Source: Candidatus Poribacteria bacterium
GTDB taxonomy: Bacteria > Poribacteria > WGA-4E > WGA-3G
Direction: 5' to 3'
NCBI GenBank assembly: GCA_965214095.1
Contig: OZ243938.1
Span: 1,568,001-1,632,000, forward strand
Length of the DNA stretch: 64,000 bases
In this document: positions 60,245 through 64,000 of the stretch, piece by piece
How the letters are laid out: every line of letters starts with the position of its first letter
Position numbering within the stretch: position 1 is the first letter of the stretch
The notes under the pieces: model-generated
Told to the model about the DNA's origin: nothing
The model's database searches: none
The model's input: the letters and a program-made list of their open reading frames with translations, nothing else
Made by a program: the position numbers and the translations under genes

Positions 60245-60610
60245 ATGAATATTTTAGGTATTGATTATACTTATTTTGCTGTGCGCGATATGCAGAGATC
60301 TCTCGCTTTTTATCGTGATCTGCTTGGGATTCCGCTGTCATATATAATCTTTGAAGACACTTGGGCGGAATTTGAGATAAACTCAAGTGCATTGGTATTA
60401 GGAGAGGGTGACAATATTTCACCACCCGGTGGCGGCACAGTCGCGCTTGCTGTTGATGATGTGAGATCAACTGTAGAAGAATTAGAAAAAGAAGGTGTCC
60501 CTGTAAATTGGTCTCCAGATGAATCACCCGTATGTTATTTTGCCGTTGTTGAAGACCCTGACGGTAATCGTATTATTATTCACAAGCGAAAGGATAATAC
60601 ATTTGGTTAA
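60245..60610 (+). CDS. VOC family protein, paralogue of 59608-59973
   Basis: Same length (121 aa) and motifs. Confidence 0.9.
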   Translation: MNILGIDYTYFAVRDMQRSLAFYRDLLGIPLSYIIFEDTWAEFEINSSALVLGEGDNISPPGGGTVALAVDDVRSTVEELEKEGVPVNWSPDESPVCYFAVVEDPDGNRIIIHKRKDNTFG

Positions 60611-60833
60611 TTGTGATTACCAATAGAATCTGTAAATATACAATAAATAGACTTAATTTGGATGGGGATAGTTCTACCAATTCTGTAGAAAAGATATTGA
60701 CAGATCATTATTCAGATATTCAAACCTTAGTGAATAATCCAGATCAAGGACTACTAATTTTGTTATAAGAGTTATTCACTGTAGAATTTGTCTTTATGTT
60801 AACCTATAAATAAGAAAGGAATATATTTTGTAT

Positions 60834-61833
60834 GAACTCATATTGAGTAAAACATAATAATGCTATATAATAGGGAAACACAAGAGTTTATTTATGTCCT
60901 ATTCTTTCACTTCATATATCTATAACTTATTGAAAGGTGTTGTTATGGCAGACAAGGTTCAAGAGCCCCTCAGATACAATGGTATTCCGAAGCAGGTTTC
61001 ACGTAAGGATTTTAATCGTTATATCAAACCTCATCTAAAGAAACGCATAAAAGGTCCCAAACCGAAACTGTCTTTCTATAAGATATTCAACTATATCCTC
61101 TATGTTTTACATACCGGTATTCAATGGGATCAACTCCGCACACGGCGTAATGAACTCCATTGGTCTAACGTCTATAAATGGCATAATCGTTGGTCAAAAG
61201 ATGGTTCTTATGAGAAACTTTTTGAAGCATCTGTCATACATCTTCATGATAGTGATCAACTTGACACCTCTTGTTTACATGGTGATGGTTCAAACACTGT
61301 TGTAAAAAAAGGGGTGACACCATAGGGTATTCAGGTCATAAACATCAAAAAGGTGAAAAAGAGGTGGCTATCACCGACAATAAAGGTTTTATCATTGGTC
61401 CAATAACCCTCAAACCAGTGAACCAACATGATACAACGATTTTGCCCGAGGCATTGACCGAACTCATCTCCTTCAGCAATCGGATTGGCATGGCACTTGA
61501 TGGTTCCGCGCTAACGCTGGATTCTGGTTTTGATTCCAAGGTGAATCATAAGATTATTAAAGAACAAGGACTGATCCCAGTGATCTACCCTAACAAACGA
61601 AACACTAAAGAACCTATCGCTATCGCTCGCAAGTTCCGGTGGTTTAGAAAAGATATATACAAAGACCGGTATAAAGTAGAGCGAACTTTCGGGTGGCAAG
61701 ATACTTACCGAAGACTCGTTCTAAGTTATGATAAACTCAAAGAAACACGTTTAGGTTTTCGTAATTTAGCATATTCAATGATAAATTTTCGAGCAACTTT
61801 CAACGATGCTTAGATGTTACTCGCTATGAGTTC
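60834..61833 (+). mobile_element. IS5-family insertion sequence (1000 bp)
   Basis: TIR GAACTCATATTGAGTAA / TTACTCGCTATGAGTTC; TAT duplication at 60831-60833 and 61834-61836. Confidence 0.85.
60945..61813 (+). CDS. IS5-family DDE transposase, two ORFs joined by a probable -1 frameshift
   Basis: ILYVLHTGIQW..L...VY..HNRWS.DG; slippery AAAAAAAGGGG at 61304-61314 joins DGSNTVVKKG to GDTIGYSGHK; LDSGFD and R..VERTFGW motifs. Confidence 0.85.
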
Positions 61834-62334
61834 TATATTAAAACAACTACAAAACTTGCGTTAATTCTTACATTTATGATCATAGTGTTTGTGTTTTCCG
61901 GTTGCGAACGGATGACGCAAGTATTTGATTCGCAAGCAGCCATCCCGATAGAGGAACGTGACCATGTGTGGCCTGTGGATCAGAATGGTATTGAGGTGCC
62001 AATTCCTGGTACGTGGGTGTTAGTATCACATACCCACCTGAATTCCACTTCTACAATTGGTGAAAGTTTCACTTTACCAGCAGATCCACAACCTATTTTA
62101 CAAACATCCGATGGAACATACACGGATGGTGAAGGATTCCTGTGGACAAAGATAAGGCTTATAACCGCTGAGGGAGATCGCTGGCAATTCCTTGAACGCG
62201 TAGATACAAGTGTTTCTCCACATCAACTCCACGCCGTAGTTACAGTAGATGAAAATGGGATCCCAATCCTTGAATACGGAGAATATCCTTTTGATTTGCC
62301 CAAGTATAATGTGCAAATCTGGGAGAAACAGTAA
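61834..62334 (+). pseudogene. lipoprotein gene separated from its start codon by the IS5 element
   Basis: Removing the IS restores AAAGGA-7nt-TTG(60828) MYIKTTTKLALILTFMIIVFVFSGC, a signal peptide with lipobox. Confidence 0.6.
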
Positions 62335-62352
62335 GATTACGAATGTAAACCT

Positions 62353-63600
62353 ATGCGTATCCCCATGCTCTTCCGTTTCTCACTCTATGGATTCTTAAAG
62401 AACCAAAAATACTATGACCCGTTCCTGATTTTAGCATTTCGTGAGAAAGGTTTGTCCTTCTTTCAAATTGGTATTTTAATCGGTTTTCGGGAAATATGTA
62501 CAAACTTGTTTGAAATACCATCTGGTGCACTTGCTGACCTGTATGGCAGACGTCGCGCCATGATTTTTTCGTTCTGTGCCTATATTGCTTCATTTGCGAC
62601 ATTCGCTCTTAGTCAGACGTTTGCAATCCTATTCATGGCTATGTTCTTCTTCGGATTAGGTGATGCGTTTAGATCAGGCACGCATAAGGCAATGATTTTC
62701 GACTGGCTCAATATGCAAGGTAGATCGGACGAGAAGACGAAGATATACGGTTATACGCGCTCCTGGTCCCAAATGGGTTCAGCTGTTTCTGTACTTATTG
62801 CAGGTGCATTGGTTTTTTATCTTGGAAGTTACACAGTTATATTCTGGTACTCAATCATTCCGTATTGTTTAAACATTATCAATTTCCTTGGATATCCTGC
62901 GCGATTAGACGGTGACAGACAAAGTAAGTTCTCTCTCAAATCAGTTGCAGATATGCTCGGTAGTGCGTTGAAGCAATCTGTGCAATTTCCGCCGCTACGC
63001 AGACTTGTATTTGAGGGAATGGGTTTTGAAGGGATGTATAAAGCCAGTAAAGATTACCTACAACCCATACTCAAACAAACCGCGATTGCCCTACCTTTCT
63101 TGGTATTAATGGATGAGTCTAAACGTGCCGCATTGCTCGTGGGTGGTGTGTATTTTGTGCTATATTTTCTTTCTTCATTTGCATCTCGCAATTCACATAG
63201 GATATCAGATTGGCGTGGTGGAGATGAAGGTGCAGCACAGGTTATGTGGTGGATAGATTTGTTGCTTTTTGCCTTGTTGATTCCAGCACTCTGGTTCAGT
63301 TTGTATCCAGCGATTATAGCACTTTTCGTTGCGTTGGCAATTCTACAGAACTTTTGGAGACCTGGTTTGATTAGTCGTTTCAACGCACAGTCCACACCAG
63401 AAATGAGCGCGACGATCTTATCTATTGAAGCACAATCTAAATCATTAGCAACAATTATACTTGCCCCACTGCTTGGATGGTTAGTTGACAGTATTGGTAA
63501 TTTCTCTCCTGTTGGAATTGTTGGGACTGCGATTGCAATCGTGATACTTATTGTATATCATAGTGAATTAGAGACGAATCAGGAGATCATTGCAAAGTGA
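62353..63600 (+). CDS. MFS transporter
   Basis: EIPSGALADLYGRR motif A; about 12 TM segments. Confidence 0.9.
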   Translation: MRIPMLFRFSLYGFLKNQKYYDPFLILAFREKGLSFFQIGILIGFREICTNLFEIPSGALADLYGRRRAMIFSFCAYIASFATFALSQTFAILFMAMFFFGLGDAFRSGTHKAMIFDWLNMQGRSDEKTKIYGYTRSWSQMGSAVSVLIAGALVFYLGSYTVIFWYSIIPYCLNIINFLGYPARLDGDRQSKFSLKSVADMLGSALKQSVQFPPLRRLVFEGMGFEGMYKASKDYLQPILKQTAIALPFLVLMDESKRAALLVGGVYFVLYFLSSFASRNSHRISDWRGGDEGAAQVMWWIDLLLFALLIPALWFSLYPAIIALFVALAILQNFWRPGLISRFNAQSTPEMSATILSIEAQSKSLATIILAPLLGWLVDSIGNFSPVGIVGTAIAIVILIVYHSELETNQEIIAK

Positions 63601-63608
63601 TCTGAAGT

Positions 63609-64000
63609 ATGGAACAGATATCCTTATTCACCATAGACAAACAATTTCTTCAACCGCAACCTATCCCAAGTAATCAGCATGCTACGGATACCGTCCACGG
63701 GTTTCAATATATACCTGACTATCTAACTGACCATCAGCATGAGTGGTTATTAGACCATATTAATAAACAGGAGTGGGACACATTTTATCAACGGCGTGTA
63801 CAACATTATGGACATAGTTATAACTTCAATGGACAGCAGGAAGAACAGAAGAAGGATATTTCCGAGTTTCCAGAGTGGGTAAATAGACTCTGTCTCAAAT
63901 TGCAGAACGATGGACACATGCCGAAGATTGCTAATCAGGTGCTTATCAGTGAATATGAACCTGGTCAAGGCATCGGTGATCATACCGATAAAGAAGCATG
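63609..64000 (+). CDS. AlkB-family 2OG-Fe(II) dioxygenase, 3'-truncated by window edge (absent from ORF track)
   Basis: Open frame from ATG 63609: GFQYIPDYLT...RRVQHYG..Y...NQVLISEYEPGQGIGDHTD. Confidence 0.8.
   Translation, partial: MEQISLFTIDKQFLQPQPIPSNQHATDTVHGFQYIPDYLTDHQHEWLLDHINKQEWDTFYQRRVQHYGHSYNFNGQQEEQKKDISEFPEWVNRLCLKLQNDGHMPKIANQVLISEYEPGQGIGDHTDKEA

Noticed and set aside
63750-63983. Minus-strand 77-aa ORF
   Set aside because: It is antisense to the AlkB-family gene that runs off the window end.

Overview
Bacterial chromosomal window, probably Candidatus Poribacteria. This rests on the divergent 16S, cytoplasmic WD40 proteins starting LPxGAIARLGRG, and secreted proteins ending in a TWGxLK/RWATIK-type tail; it needs confirming by 16S classification. 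From left to right: (i) a defence-like accessory cluster (Type ISP/IIG-like N6-MTase-TRD gene, NDT/TIR-like plus GIY-YIG-like pair, PD-(D/E)XK protein, DUF4926) with several miniature inverted-repeat elements; (ii) two polysaccharide-deacetylase paralogues flanking a DUF1080-like and a PhyH-like gene; (iii) a 16S rRNA plus tRNA-Ile unit with a perfect sigma70 promoter but no 23S. The main signal follows directly: a ~36 kb co-oriented locus made of an ECF sigma factor, 14 tandem ~660-735 aa WD40 genes, two sigma2-like/TYW3-like fusion genes and a 15th WD40 gene. The WD40 genes have conserved junctions, variable cores and visible mosaicism. The right part holds a tnpB-type IS relic, sugar oxidoreductase/epimerase genes, a GT-C-like membrane protein, a triple DUF5069 protein, a decayed TA pair, and a MITE-bracketed cargo unit with an 8-bp target duplication. 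It ends with BNR and VOC genes, an IS5-family element interrupting a lipoprotein gene, an MFS transporter and a partial AlkB-family gene. All assignments come from motif reading by eye; no database searches were run.
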